From the IMG/VR virus record IMGVR_UViG_3300019487_000019, positions 35,924-99,923 of that record: a stretch of DNA of 64,000 nucleotides; one strand, 5' to 3'. Each line of letters begins with the position of its first letter. The first letter of the stretch is position 1. The position numbers and the translations under genes are program-made. This document shows positions 55,868 to 64,000 of this stretch, piece after piece. The notes under the pieces were generated by a model. That model saw nothing but the letters and a program-made list of their open reading frames with translations. It had not been told where the DNA came from and did no database searches. Source of the stretch: a virus.

Positions 55868-58477
55868 TATTACAATGGGGTCGGGTTCGTAGCTCTCATC
55901 AAAATCTTCCACCTCGCCAGTCTCAAAATATTCTGGACGAAAGATCTTGTCGTAAGCATCTTGATCGAATGATGAGATTTCTTCGAGCAGCCGAAGAACA
56001 ATCAATGCACTTGAAATCAAGTCATCAGTAGCGCCCTGCTTTGCCTTGTACGTTCCTTCACGGCGAACAAAGTGCTTAATTTCTGTAATCATTGCTGGCG
56101 AAAGTATTTCCATTGTTCGGCGCTGAATCATTTCCTTGAATGCTAAACATACGCGAATTTTTGTCTTGCCTGTTGTCGTCATTCCCCGGCGCTTTTTGCC
56201 TTGTTCATTGACAAATTCCGCACTTTCGCAAGGCGACTCATCGGCTTCCTGAAGGGCAATCATTCCCTCTCCGACACCATTGTTCTCGATTGAGAAGTAT
56301 ACACTCGCTTCGCTTTTCTCAAAGATTCGTATCATCTTCTTCAAGGATTGGTATGCCGTCACGGACGATGAAGTATTTGATCTATATTCCGCAATCTGCT
56401 TCATGCTTGGAAACTCCCAAGCAGTAAATGCTGTAAAGTCTTCGCCAGTGCCCGTTGCTGGATCAACTCCTATTAAGTATACATGCCCTGGTTGTGGTTT
56501 CGAAAACAAAACGATGTCTTGGATGACGGCAAACGGTTTAAGTCCCTGAACGGATCGCGTCAACTGGGCTGCAACAACTGGATCAACAAGTACCGGATCA
56601 CCCGACAAGAACTCGCATTCATATTCTTGGCGCCATTTCAACTCACCAATTTTCCGAATTTCTCCCTCGCGAAATTTCTCATCCCGGCCCGGGGGCTCAT
56701 CCCACTTTACTTCAACAGGAATGAAGTCACTTCCTGTTACCGCTTCGATGGGGTCCTCGAGTTTTGTTCGGTGCAACAGCGATTGAGAAATCTGTGCTCC
56801 GCGCCACAACTGTGCAAAACGGTTTGTGTCGCCATTGGGTGTTGAGCAGATAATACAAGAACCACCTGTTGCAAACGTTGGTGCGGCCGATGTCCAGAAT
56901 TCTTCCTGAATATTGTCGCGGACGTGCGCAAACTCATCGAGGAACAGCAACGACGCTGTTCCACCACGAGCTGTTCTGTCGCTGGTTGCTTCTGAAATGA
57001 TACGTGATCCATTTTCAAACGAAAAACTGTGTTTGTTGTATCCATCATCAAGCACACCTGCTTTCAACCAGTGTGGAAGACGCTCATACATATAACGAAT
57101 ACGGAAGATCATCTCCAACGCATTTTTCTCACGGTTCGAAGCAATGATACACGTTTTGTCTTTGTTGAACATGGCATACCAAAGCATGTAAGCACCGGCT
57201 GTCCAGCTATTGTGCGTTGGAATCATCGAGCGACCAACCAAATACAAATGATCTGCGTTATCGACTGTAATACAACGAACCGGCACGGACGCTACTTTCT
57301 CAATTTTTGTAATCGTTCGGCGGCGAGTGCTTGTTGCACGTCGGTAATGGGGGGCATTTTTCTGATAATTCGACTTTCGTTGTAGTCGAAAAACCACACA
57401 CTGTGATTTATACGGAGTATAATTAATTGTCCATCGTGTATGAGGCATCTTACCGTGAATGTGTCGTTCATGTATTACTGGTTTAAGTCCCAGCGTACAA
57501 ATTAGTTCATGCACATCGTTGCAAAGGTGTTGATTCGTAAATGTGATTTCACAGACACCTGTTTTTTTATTGGCGTAGCCATCCGTATCCATTAATCCCT
57601 GTAAAAGTGCAAGTCGCTGCTCGTATGATCCTCGAAGATATTCGATTGGAATGTGCTTATTCTTGAATACTCCAATTTGTTTTAGGATTGGTTGTAAATC
57701 CCTAAAATAATATGTCTTTGTTCCCACGGACGTTGTTTCTCGCACATGACCAAGTTTATAATGTTGCTGTACTTGTTCAATAATCATGTGATCATTAATG
57801 TGGTTTGTTATTTCTGGTGCTGCTGCCGTTCCATCTCCGAGCCAAGCTCCGAGCACATATGGATCAATTTTAAGCTGTTGGTTAGGAAGCGTTAGTGGTT
57901 CCGTTGTCTGAATGGAAAAACGACCTTCTGTATAACCTCGCTTGTTAGAAATCAAATAGCCTACAGCAACAAGCTGTTGTGTTGAAAGCGTGCGAGTCTT
58001 TCCACGTGGCGTCGCATAATTATCTTGCACGTCCCACAAGTGCTCCGCATCACAAACGATTTTTTCTCCTGTCGAGAAATATATTTCATAACAATCTTTG
58101 TTGGAATGAGTCGGCGAGGTTGCGATAACCCTTGTTGGTTTCCCTTGTGCACTCAATACATAATCGCCAACTTCTAGATCCTTCATTTTTCTGTAGCCGG
58201 TTGGTGTCGGAATCTCCTCTTCAATCCACAGGGGTTTACCAACTTGTCTTGCCGCAAGGACGATCACCAATCGGTTCTCCTGAAACCCGTGAATCATTCG
58301 TTCTTGATATGGAAACAGCTTGAACTCTTGTTCGCCTTTTACGCCGTGCTGGAGTTTGCAATGGTTGGTGATAAAATACACAGGATCGTTGAGACATTTA
58401 TCAAACTCAACGATCGCGTCTTCACTGTATTCTTCAACCTGGTGCGCAGGTTTGATGTAAATGTTTTTTCTAGTCAT
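55865..58477 (-). CDS. terL: Terminase large subunit (T4 gp17-like) with intein
   Basis: DPVYFITNHC, LFPYQ, ARQVGK|S Walker A split by the intein, LFLDEFAH, STPNG, QEYECEF, GVDPA, IENNGVG and TDDL motifs. Confidence 0.95.
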   Translation of the reverse strand: MTRKNIYIKPAHQVEEYSEDAIVEFDKCLNDPVYFITNHCKLQHGVKGEQEFKLFPYQERMIHGFQENRLVIVLAARQVGKPLWIEEEIPTPTGYRKMKDLEVGDYVLSAQGKPTRVIATSPTHSNKDCYEIYFSTGEKIVCDAEHLWDVQDNYATPRGKTRTLSTQQLVAVGYLISNKRGYTEGRFSIQTTEPLTLPNQQLKIDPYVLGAWLGDGTAAAPEITNHINDHMIIEQVQQHYKLGHVRETTSVGTKTYYFRDLQPILKQIGVFKNKHIPIEYLRGSYEQRLALLQGLMDTDGYANKKTGVCEITFTNQHLCNDVHELICTLGLKPVIHERHIHGKMPHTRWTINYTPYKSQCVVFRLQRKSNYQKNAPHYRRATSTRRRTITKIEKVASVPVRCITVDNADHLYLVGRSMIPTHNSWTAGAYMLWYAMFNKDKTCIIASNREKNALEMIFRIRYMYERLPHWLKAGVLDDGYNKHSFSFENGSRIISEATSDRTARGGTASLLFLDEFAHVRDNIQEEFWTSAAPTFATGGSCIICSTPNGDTNRFAQLWRGAQISQSLLHRTKLEDPIEAVTGSDFIPVEVKWDEPPGRDEKFREGEIRKIGELKWRQEYECEFLSGDPVLVDPVVAAQLTRSVQGLKPFAVIQDIVLFSKPQPGHVYLIGVDPATGTGEDFTAFTAWEFPSMKQIAEYRSNTSSSVTAYQSLKKMIRIFEKSEASVYFSIENNGVGEGMIALQEADESPCESAEFVNEQGKKRRGMTTTGKTKIRVCLAFKEMIQRRTMEILSPAMITEIKHFVRREGTYKAKQGATDDLISSALIVLRLLEEISSFDQDAYDKIFRPEYFETGEVEDFDESYEPDPIVI
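57209..58234 (-). mobile_element. Class-3-type intein (Pro1; Trp-Cys-Thr signature) with LAGLIDADG endonuclease, 342 aa
   Basis: Begins PLWIEEEIPTPTG. Block B DAEHLW, block F VRCITV, block G PTHN|S. LGAWLGDG and LQGLMDTDG endonuclease motifs. Confidence 0.9.
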
Positions 58478-58498
58478 ACCCCGTATTTACAGAGGAAA

Positions 58499-59164
58499 TT
58501 ACAGAGAAATCCTTACGACAACACGCATTGCACACTCGCTCGGTGCACCGTACGTATCAAAATAGATCTTACGGAAGTGAGGTAGTTTCGGGGCATCAAG
58601 TTGATTTTCCCCTGAAATATGATAGTAGGAGGTGCTTTGTGTTGTTCGATTGTAGATGGCGAGATATGTGATCCCTTTGTTCTCGAGGTCGTCAAGCAGA
58701 CGAGCGCGAACAAACGTGAGGACGTGAGAGTCAGTAATCTTTTTCAGAATTGCTGGTACCCGTCCAAATTTCGGTACATCAGGCTTGTTGTCACACGGAA
58801 AGCCACCTCGCGGCTCGTTCTCAACAGCATCAGTGAACATCTTGTACTTGCCGCTTGTGACGCGGGCAGTGAGTTCATCAAGCGTTGGACTGTGTGAGCC
58901 TTTGTGCACATACGTGTCGAAAAAAGCAAAATACGGCTTGCTTGCCGTGAGTGCCTTGACTTCAACCTTCTGGAGAACGTTTTTAATTCGAGCGGAGATG
59001 TCAAACCATTTACTACCAACTCGAGCAACATGAATCTTTTTGATGTCTCGGCCAAAACGTAGTTTCAGTTCGTCTCTAACGCGTCTCTGAGCCTCGGCCC
59101 CCTTCGCAATTCGTTGTTCTTTGGTTGACTCATCAATTTGCTCGGCAATTTCGAGTAAAATCAT
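58499..59164 (-). CDS. Hypothetical protein, possible PD-(D/E)xK nuclease fold
   Basis: FDISA...VEVK motif. N-terminal MILLEIAE. Confidence 0.55.
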   Translation of the reverse strand: MILLEIAEQIDESTKEQRIAKGAEAQRRVRDELKLRFGRDIKKIHVARVGSKWFDISARIKNVLQKVEVKALTASKPYFAFFDTYVHKGSHSPTLDELTARVTSGKYKMFTDAVENEPRGGFPCDNKPDVPKFGRVPAILKKITDSHVLTFVRARLLDDLENKGITYLAIYNRTTQSTSYYHISGENQLDAPKLPHFRKIYFDTYGAPSECAMRVVVRISL

Positions 59165-59601
59165 CCTTCGCGTTTTTTACGAAGCATGTCAAGCAACTCA
59201 TTACGCGAAACAACAAGGTTGTTTTGTGTTATTTTTCGTGGAGTTGTCGCTTCAACCGTGTGTAATGAATGTGTGTCCTTATGCTTCTTATGTTCACGCT
59301 TCTCTCGAACAGCACCAAGCGCGACTTGAAGCATTGTAGCAGTGACTTCTCCTAAACGAGCCTTGTACTTTCCTTCAACCAGGTCAATTTGATCTGCAAC
59401 TGCTCCCACCTTTGCCATCGCAAAGGCGTAAATCTCCTCAAGCTTCCCCTCAATTTCTTCATCTTTTGCATCGTACTCAGGAGCAGGAATAGGAATGGAC
59501 GGAACAATCTCCTCGAATTCAGCAACTGTCGTGCCTTCTTCGATACCGAGCACTTCTTCCATTGGATGGACGATTGGTTTTTCTTTTTTAATGATGTCCA
59601 T
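59161..59601 (-). CDS. terS: Probable terminase small subunit
   Basis: About 146 aa helical protein with ARLGEV and C-terminal TQNNLVVSRNELLDML, like T4-family gp16 tails. Close to terL. Confidence 0.55.
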   Translation of the reverse strand: MDIIKKEKPIVHPMEEVLGIEEGTTVAEFEEIVPSIPIPAPEYDAKDEEIEGKLEEIYAFAMAKVGAVADQIDLVEGKYKARLGEVTATMLQVALGAVREKREHKKHKDTHSLHTVEATTPRKITQNNLVVSRNELLDMLRKKREG

Positions 59602-61709
59602 TATTTTTTCTTGGCTTTTTTGCCACCTTTCTCAGTTTCGTACTGATCTTTCGTTAGGACTTTCTTGTCGGCATAGCGCCACGCATCCGGAGATTGTTCA
59701 ACAGCTGTCCGAATCATTTCTGGTGTTTGCTTCTCAACATAGGTCAAGCCTTGTCCATCTTTTGACAAGGCATAGACAATCACTTGCTCGAGGTCAATAT
59801 TTGGTGGGAGATGCTTCGCTGTATCGAATCCGCCAAGTTCATGTAGCAGACCCTTTGGTGCAATATCAGCAACACGCTTCAACAAGGCAGTTGTTACTTT
59901 GTTGCGTCCTTTTGCGTCTTTTCGGCCAAATCGATCCTTCAACATGAATGGACCTTCAGCAAGTGCTTTCACGATCACATCTTCGCTTGGATTAAGAATA
60001 TGAGAGAACGCTCCAAGATCATTGTCTAGTGCTGCTGTGATTGCCTGAGTTGATTGGCGTTCTTCTGGAACACTCTTCAGAGCAAAACGAGTGCGGCCGG
60101 CCATCTTGGTGATTTGTGGATCCGTAACTTTATCCGGCATGTTTTCCATTGCATATGCAAAGGCCGCACATGCTTTTTCTGTATTTGTGTCTTCAAATGC
60201 CGCAGCCACCATTCCTTTGGTTGCTTTCTTGCCAATGGTTGTCAGTACAGAACCATCTTTACGAAGTACATCTTCTCGAACATCGTCCGTAACGAGGTCG
60301 GCCCGTTTTTCTTCCAACCAGCGGAATGCATCAACGACAGCTGCTGGGTCCTTACCAGCAACAGCAGCCTTGACTTCCTCTTGCTTCAATTCTTTTGGAT
60401 TGATACTCTTGATCGAAGCGGGATCTGCTTTGATAGCAAGCAATTTGATTTCCGGCGTCACCAAATCGGGACGGAATTTATTGATGTATCCAAACACATC
60501 TTTCAAGTGGTACTTCTCGACGTTGTCCATAGCGGCACGAACGATCTTCGGTGTCAGAATCCCTGGACGTAGTTCCTTGATGCGATCGGCCCGTTTTGTG
60601 ACGGCCGCCATCATTGCATCTTCTCCTGGGTTGCGGATCAGTCCAAGAACACCATGCTTCGTTGCAAGGTCTTTAAACACGTCTCCAATTTGTGGATAGC
60701 GCTCAATCAATGCCCCGAGTTCAGCAGGACGGTCCTGTGAATTCATGAATTGTTGGTGCTCAAAGTGGAATTGGTACTTACCATCAGGCGTGTGTACGAT
60801 GTACAACTTCCCAGCACGACTGTATGAATGAAACTGTCCGGCTTGGTCCCAAGCTGTACACCAGTTGGCGGCTGGAGCATGGGGCGACGGTGAATGACCA
60901 GCAAGATAGCGTGATGCTTTGTGCGTTTCTGGTGTAAAGATTCGCACTTGGTCGTCTGCATAGACAAGACGAAACTCTCCCTTGTCCATCATTGCTTTTT
61001 CTTCACTGGTTGGCGTCCACGTGCCAAGTTTCTTTTGTGGCCCCGACTTTGTCAAAAGATCATATAGCTGACGTGGCGTTAACTTTGCGACGTCCGTTCC
61101 TTTCAGGGCATCGCTTGCCATCAAATCTGTGAGGTCATCTTTGACTTTTTTGAGGTTGCCAATACTGATATTCCCACTTGTGTATTGGTCCATCATCCAC
61201 ATAATGAACTGTTTATCCGGTGTGGGGTCAGCCCGCAGCAATTCTTTCATGACTTCCTGTGCTGATCCAAATCCCTTCACGCTTGGTGCCATACGAGCAC
61301 CACCTTGTACTTCCTGTTGATAGCGCGCAAGAATAGCTGGTAGCTTTTGTGCTAACGGAGCGATCTCCTTATCAAGGCGGTTGAAGTCATACTGGAGTAG
61401 ACTTTTGTCCTTGACATATGGACGAACGGCGTGAAAGTTCTGTATCTCGTGCTTTACGCGCAAGATATCTTCAAGTGAGAAATCATTCTTGATATAACGA
61501 TTTGCAAGCCATTGCAAATTTTCGTGTTGAGCGCTTGGATCGGCCTTTGCCAACCACTTTAGAATGTCTTCTGTATTTCCTAGGTTCTTTGGCTTCCCTG
61601 GACCCGTATCCTGTTTATAGGCCTGCTGAATTGCCTCGCCTTGCTTCGATGCGATGTATTCAACACGGTTTTCACCAAGAAATTGAAGCGCTTCACGAAG
61701 AGAAAACAT
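59601..61709 (-). CDS. Multi-domain protein: duplicated N-terminal helical unit, WCT-motif domain, C-terminal DUF4116-like helical repeats
   Basis: ADPS...WLANRY / ADPT...WMMDQY duplication. NWCTA...LYIV...KYQFHFE. Repeats such as EMIRTAVEQSPDAWRY. Confidence 0.65.
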   Translation of the reverse strand: MFSLREALQFLGENRVEYIASKQGEAIQQAYKQDTGPGKPKNLGNTEDILKWLAKADPSAQHENLQWLANRYIKNDFSLEDILRVKHEIQNFHAVRPYVKDKSLLQYDFNRLDKEIAPLAQKLPAILARYQQEVQGGARMAPSVKGFGSAQEVMKELLRADPTPDKQFIMWMMDQYTSGNISIGNLKKVKDDLTDLMASDALKGTDVAKLTPRQLYDLLTKSGPQKKLGTWTPTSEEKAMMDKGEFRLVYADDQVRIFTPETHKASRYLAGHSPSPHAPAANWCTAWDQAGQFHSYSRAGKLYIVHTPDGKYQFHFEHQQFMNSQDRPAELGALIERYPQIGDVFKDLATKHGVLGLIRNPGEDAMMAAVTKRADRIKELRPGILTPKIVRAAMDNVEKYHLKDVFGYINKFRPDLVTPEIKLLAIKADPASIKSINPKELKQEEVKAAVAGKDPAAVVDAFRWLEEKRADLVTDDVREDVLRKDGSVLTTIGKKATKGMVAAAFEDTNTEKACAAFAYAMENMPDKVTDPQITKMAGRTRFALKSVPEERQSTQAITAALDNDLGAFSHILNPSEDVIVKALAEGPFMLKDRFGRKDAKGRNKVTTALLKRVADIAPKGLLHELGGFDTAKHLPPNIDLEQVIVYALSKDGQGLTYVEKQTPEMIRTAVEQSPDAWRYADKKVLTKDQYETEKGGKKAKKK

Positions 61710-61716
61710 AGTGCCC

Positions 61717-62169
61717 TCATTTGAAAATCGATAATTCCGTAACTACACGAAAGGTCATGCCATTTTGCTTGGCATAAGCTTGCGCACTCTTCCACTTTGC
61801 AATATTTATCGCAAACTCAACGCTTTCTACCACTTTTTGCTTAGAGCTTGCTCGAGGCATCTTCGTCTGCTTATGAGGCTTGACCTCAATCAACTCTTGT
61901 ACTATTTTACCTTGTTTGTTACGAAATTCAACCCAGTAGTCTGGATAGTAGCGATGAATCTTCCCATCCGTTGGTTTAACGTAAGGAACAACAATTTCTT
62001 CGCTAGACCAACGTAAAACATGGGCGTTATTGTCAAAAAATTGATGTAAATGGAGCTCCCATGAGGAACGATACACGATCTTAGATGAATCCCCAACATA
62101 CTTAGTTGGATTCTTTAGTGTGTATAGGCCTTGTTTGAAATGTCCAAAAGAGACTTTTCGTAGAACCAT
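61717..62169 (-). CDS. gp4: Head completion nuclease (T4 gp4-like, TnsA-like endonuclease)
   Basis: KNPTKYVGD...YRSSWE...WSSEEIVVPY...HRYYPDY...IEVKP...N.AKW..A. Confidence 0.92.
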   Translation of the reverse strand: MVLRKVSFGHFKQGLYTLKNPTKYVGDSSKIVYRSSWELHLHQFFDNNAHVLRWSSEEIVVPYVKPTDGKIHRYYPDYWVEFRNKQGKIVQELIEVKPHKQTKMPRASSKQKVVESVEFAINIAKWKSAQAYAKQNGMTFRVVTELSIFK

Positions 62170-62170
62170 A

Positions 62171-63628
62171 TTACACAACCGCGCCTAATGGACTTGGAAC
62201 AGTACTGTTCGTTACTGCTCCACCAGCTCCAACAGGTCCGGTTGGTGGTATCGAGGTATTTTGTACGCCTGGAGCATTACATGCTCCAGGTGCTCGCGGT
62301 GCTTGCTCTTTAGTTATACCAATGTTTTGTGGACCACTCGAAGCTCCATCCTTAACATTCTTCAAGACATAGAATGCAGCACGCTGCTGGCTTTCGATGC
62401 TGTATTCTTTATTATCGATTGGAATGTCCGTATCAACGTACACGCTGTCATAGTTAAATGTGATTTGTAGATCGTTAACTTCATTTCCTGCAGCCATATC
62501 AACATCATCAAGATTCAGTTGCGTGATACGCGGATTAAAGAACTTGAACACATTCATCTTCTGTCCCCAGTCGAAGAAGTGGAACAAACGAATCTCTCGA
62601 ATCACTTGCTTATTATCATCTACGAGAGGACCACGTGTTCCTGTGTAGAAGTTTCCTGGAATACCAATCGGATCAATTTGTGCCAGCTCTGGATTGAGAA
62701 TTGTATTCGTGGACTCGGTGCCAAAATTCATACCGTCATTTTCCGCATCAGAAAACATTGCTGAATCACGAAGGTTAGCAATAGGTGCGGTTGCCTTTAA
62801 ATATGCTGCGTAGAAACGAGTTGCGAAGTTCAAACCATCATCGTGGAATGACATCGTCATATCATCAAACCGTGTTTTTGTAATTACTTTTGACCGGAAG
62901 TTGTAGTAGTTGACGTCTTCCATTTCAACATTAACGTGCGGACGAGATGATTTCTTGACCATGAACGTAAAATCCAATCCATCCAGACCAGAATAACCGG
63001 AGCTGTAGATGAACTGAACCAAGAACAAAAATTTATACTTTGGAGCACGAAACACAAAGTCAACAGCATATGGAGATGCTTCACAAATGTCTTTAAACTT
63101 CGACTGAACAGACTTTGGCGGTGTGTAAATGTTTCGAACAAGACGCTCAAGGTTTTGAAAGTCTTGCAACACGCTCGGAATGCTGTTGAAATTAAAGTTT
63201 CCCTGCTTAACTCGCTGATAAATTTGTTGTGCTTGACCGTACGCCTGATTTGCAATACCTGGGTTGAAGTATCGCGCTTGATCAACGGCTGTTTTACTAA
63301 AACCAACGTTTTCAAGAACCCAATTTGCCCCCGTGTCAAGTGCCGTTCCCACAGCGCCGCCAATTACGGTTGGAAGAGCACCACAACCAGTACGGACGCT
63401 ATTCGAAATACTTGCAAGAGTTCGAAGTCCCTGACCAACACGCGAACCAGTCGATCCAAACAGCGTTTTGTTGTTTAGAATCTCTAGATCACCAACCTTT
63501 CCCAAAGCATTGAATGCTTTTTGTCGTTGGCTTTGCGAATCGGCAATAATTGCCCCTGCTTTGCCCAGATAAGAAGGGGGACAAGGCTTGAATAATTGCG
63601 TGTTTGCACGAGGATCGTTTGCCACCAA
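62171..63628 (-). CDS. Tail-tube-fold baseplate/tube-initiator-like protein
   Basis: PKYKFLFLVQF...VKKSSRP...EDVNYYN...FDDMTMSFHDD...FFNPRITQLNLDDVDM...ITFNYDSV (gp19/gp48/gp54-like). TTG or GTG start with AGGA RBS. Confidence 0.65.
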   Translation of the reverse strand: MVANDPRANTQLFKPCPPSYLGKAGAIIADSQSQRQKAFNALGKVGDLEILNNKTLFGSTGSRVGQGLRTLASISNSVRTGCGALPTVIGGAVGTALDTGANWVLENVGFSKTAVDQARYFNPGIANQAYGQAQQIYQRVKQGNFNFNSIPSVLQDFQNLERLVRNIYTPPKSVQSKFKDICEASPYAVDFVFRAPKYKFLFLVQFIYSSGYSGLDGLDFTFMVKKSSRPHVNVEMEDVNYYNFRSKVITKTRFDDMTMSFHDDGLNFATRFYAAYLKATAPIANLRDSAMFSDAENDGMNFGTESTNTILNPELAQIDPIGIPGNFYTGTRGPLVDDNKQVIREIRLFHFFDWGQKMNVFKFFNPRITQLNLDDVDMAAGNEVNDLQITFNYDSVYVDTDIPIDNKEYSIESQQRAAFYVLKNVKDGASSGPQNIGITKEQAPRAPGACNAPGVQNTSIPPTGPVGAGGAVTNSTVPSPLGAVV

Positions 63629-63643
63629 AGTTTCCTTTTGTTG

Positions 63644-63650
63644 TATTTAT
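63644..63650 (-). promoter_or_regulatory. Late promoter core ATAAATA heading the tube/gp4/terminase operon
   Basis: 15 nt upstream of the 485-aa gene start. Confidence 0.6.
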
Positions 63651-63677
63651 GCGCTATTACCCGCTCTAAATAACGTG

Positions 63678-64000
63678 ATGCAAATCATCTCTCGCCACGA
63701 AGCGAAACAACAAGGACTTAGGTTCTTCTATACAGGCAAGTCCTGTAAACACGGACACATACCTGCACCGATCGCCGTTTCCGATGGTATTTGTCACGAA
63801 TGTCGTGTGGCACAACGTCAGCGTTGGCGGAAAGATCCGACAAATCGGTCGAAAGCAATGGCCTACTACGCTGATTGGACCGAAGCGAATCCTGAACGCA
63901 CGAAAGAGTGGAAGAAGGAAAATCGTTTGAAAGTGCGTTTGAGTGTTCGAAAGTATTGCGCACGTCGCCGTGAAGCTCAGCCTGTTTGGGCCGATGTTTC
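63678..64000 (+). CDS. Probable HNH homing endonuclease, 3'-truncated by window edge
   Basis: Manual translation MQIISRHEAKQQGLRFFYTGKSCKHGH...CHEC...QPVWAD matches the N-terminus of phage HNH endonucleases. The HNH core lies outside the window. Confidence 0.7.
   Translation, partial: MQIISRHEAKQQGLRFFYTGKSCKHGHIPAPIAVSDGICHECRVAQRQRWRKDPTNRSKAMAYYADWTEANPERTKEWKKENRLKVRLSVRKYCARRREAQPVWADV

Noticed and set aside
58484-58489. TAAATA immediately upstream of terL (and at 63667-63672 before the HNH gene) as late promoters
   Set aside because: Only 5-6 nt from the start codon and a weaker match. Possible but not supportable.
1-64000. tRNA, rRNA, integrase or transposase genes
   Set aside because: No cloverleaf or recognisable motifs were seen, and intergenic gaps are mostly too short.

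Overview
The window is a 64 kb piece of a large T4-like (jumbo myovirus-type) bacteriophage genome, about 43% GC by eye and almost entirely on the minus strand. No tRNA, rRNA or CRISPR array was seen. It has four blocks. (1) 1-19.4 kb: fibre-like virion genes flanking a tightly coupled 16-gene cluster (3.9-18.0 kb). The cluster encodes eight radical SAM proteins, a 2OG-Fe(II) oxygenase, a DUF483-like protein, five unknowns (two of them paralogous) and a 174-aa Ala/Thr/Ser-rich protein ending in CHSSCHSSCHGARGRR. It looks like a phage-encoded RiPP-like protein-modification system. (2) 19.4-33.9 kb: a replication/recombination module with gp62- and gp44-like clamp loader subunits, a MazG fusion, a tandem GroES, a DnaE fragment, UvsW, UvsY, an intein-containing nucleotidyltransferase, UvsX and gp32. 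(3) 34-51.8 kb: large modular tail-fibre/appendage genes and a 958-aa four-domain modification enzyme (Maf/DUF115-like + methyltransferase + FkbM + 2OG oxygenase). One fibre gene here is split by a single in-frame TGA. (4) 51.8-64 kb: head/packaging genes, including TerL with a Pro1 class-3-type intein, a probable TerS, gp4, a tail-tube-like protein, two HNH endonucleases and several proteins with N-terminal L/I-x-E motifs. T4-like late promoter cores (TAAATA) recur, and several sit inside hairpins that would mask the downstream ribosome-binding site. All assignments come from motif reading only; no database search was run, so novelty is unverified.
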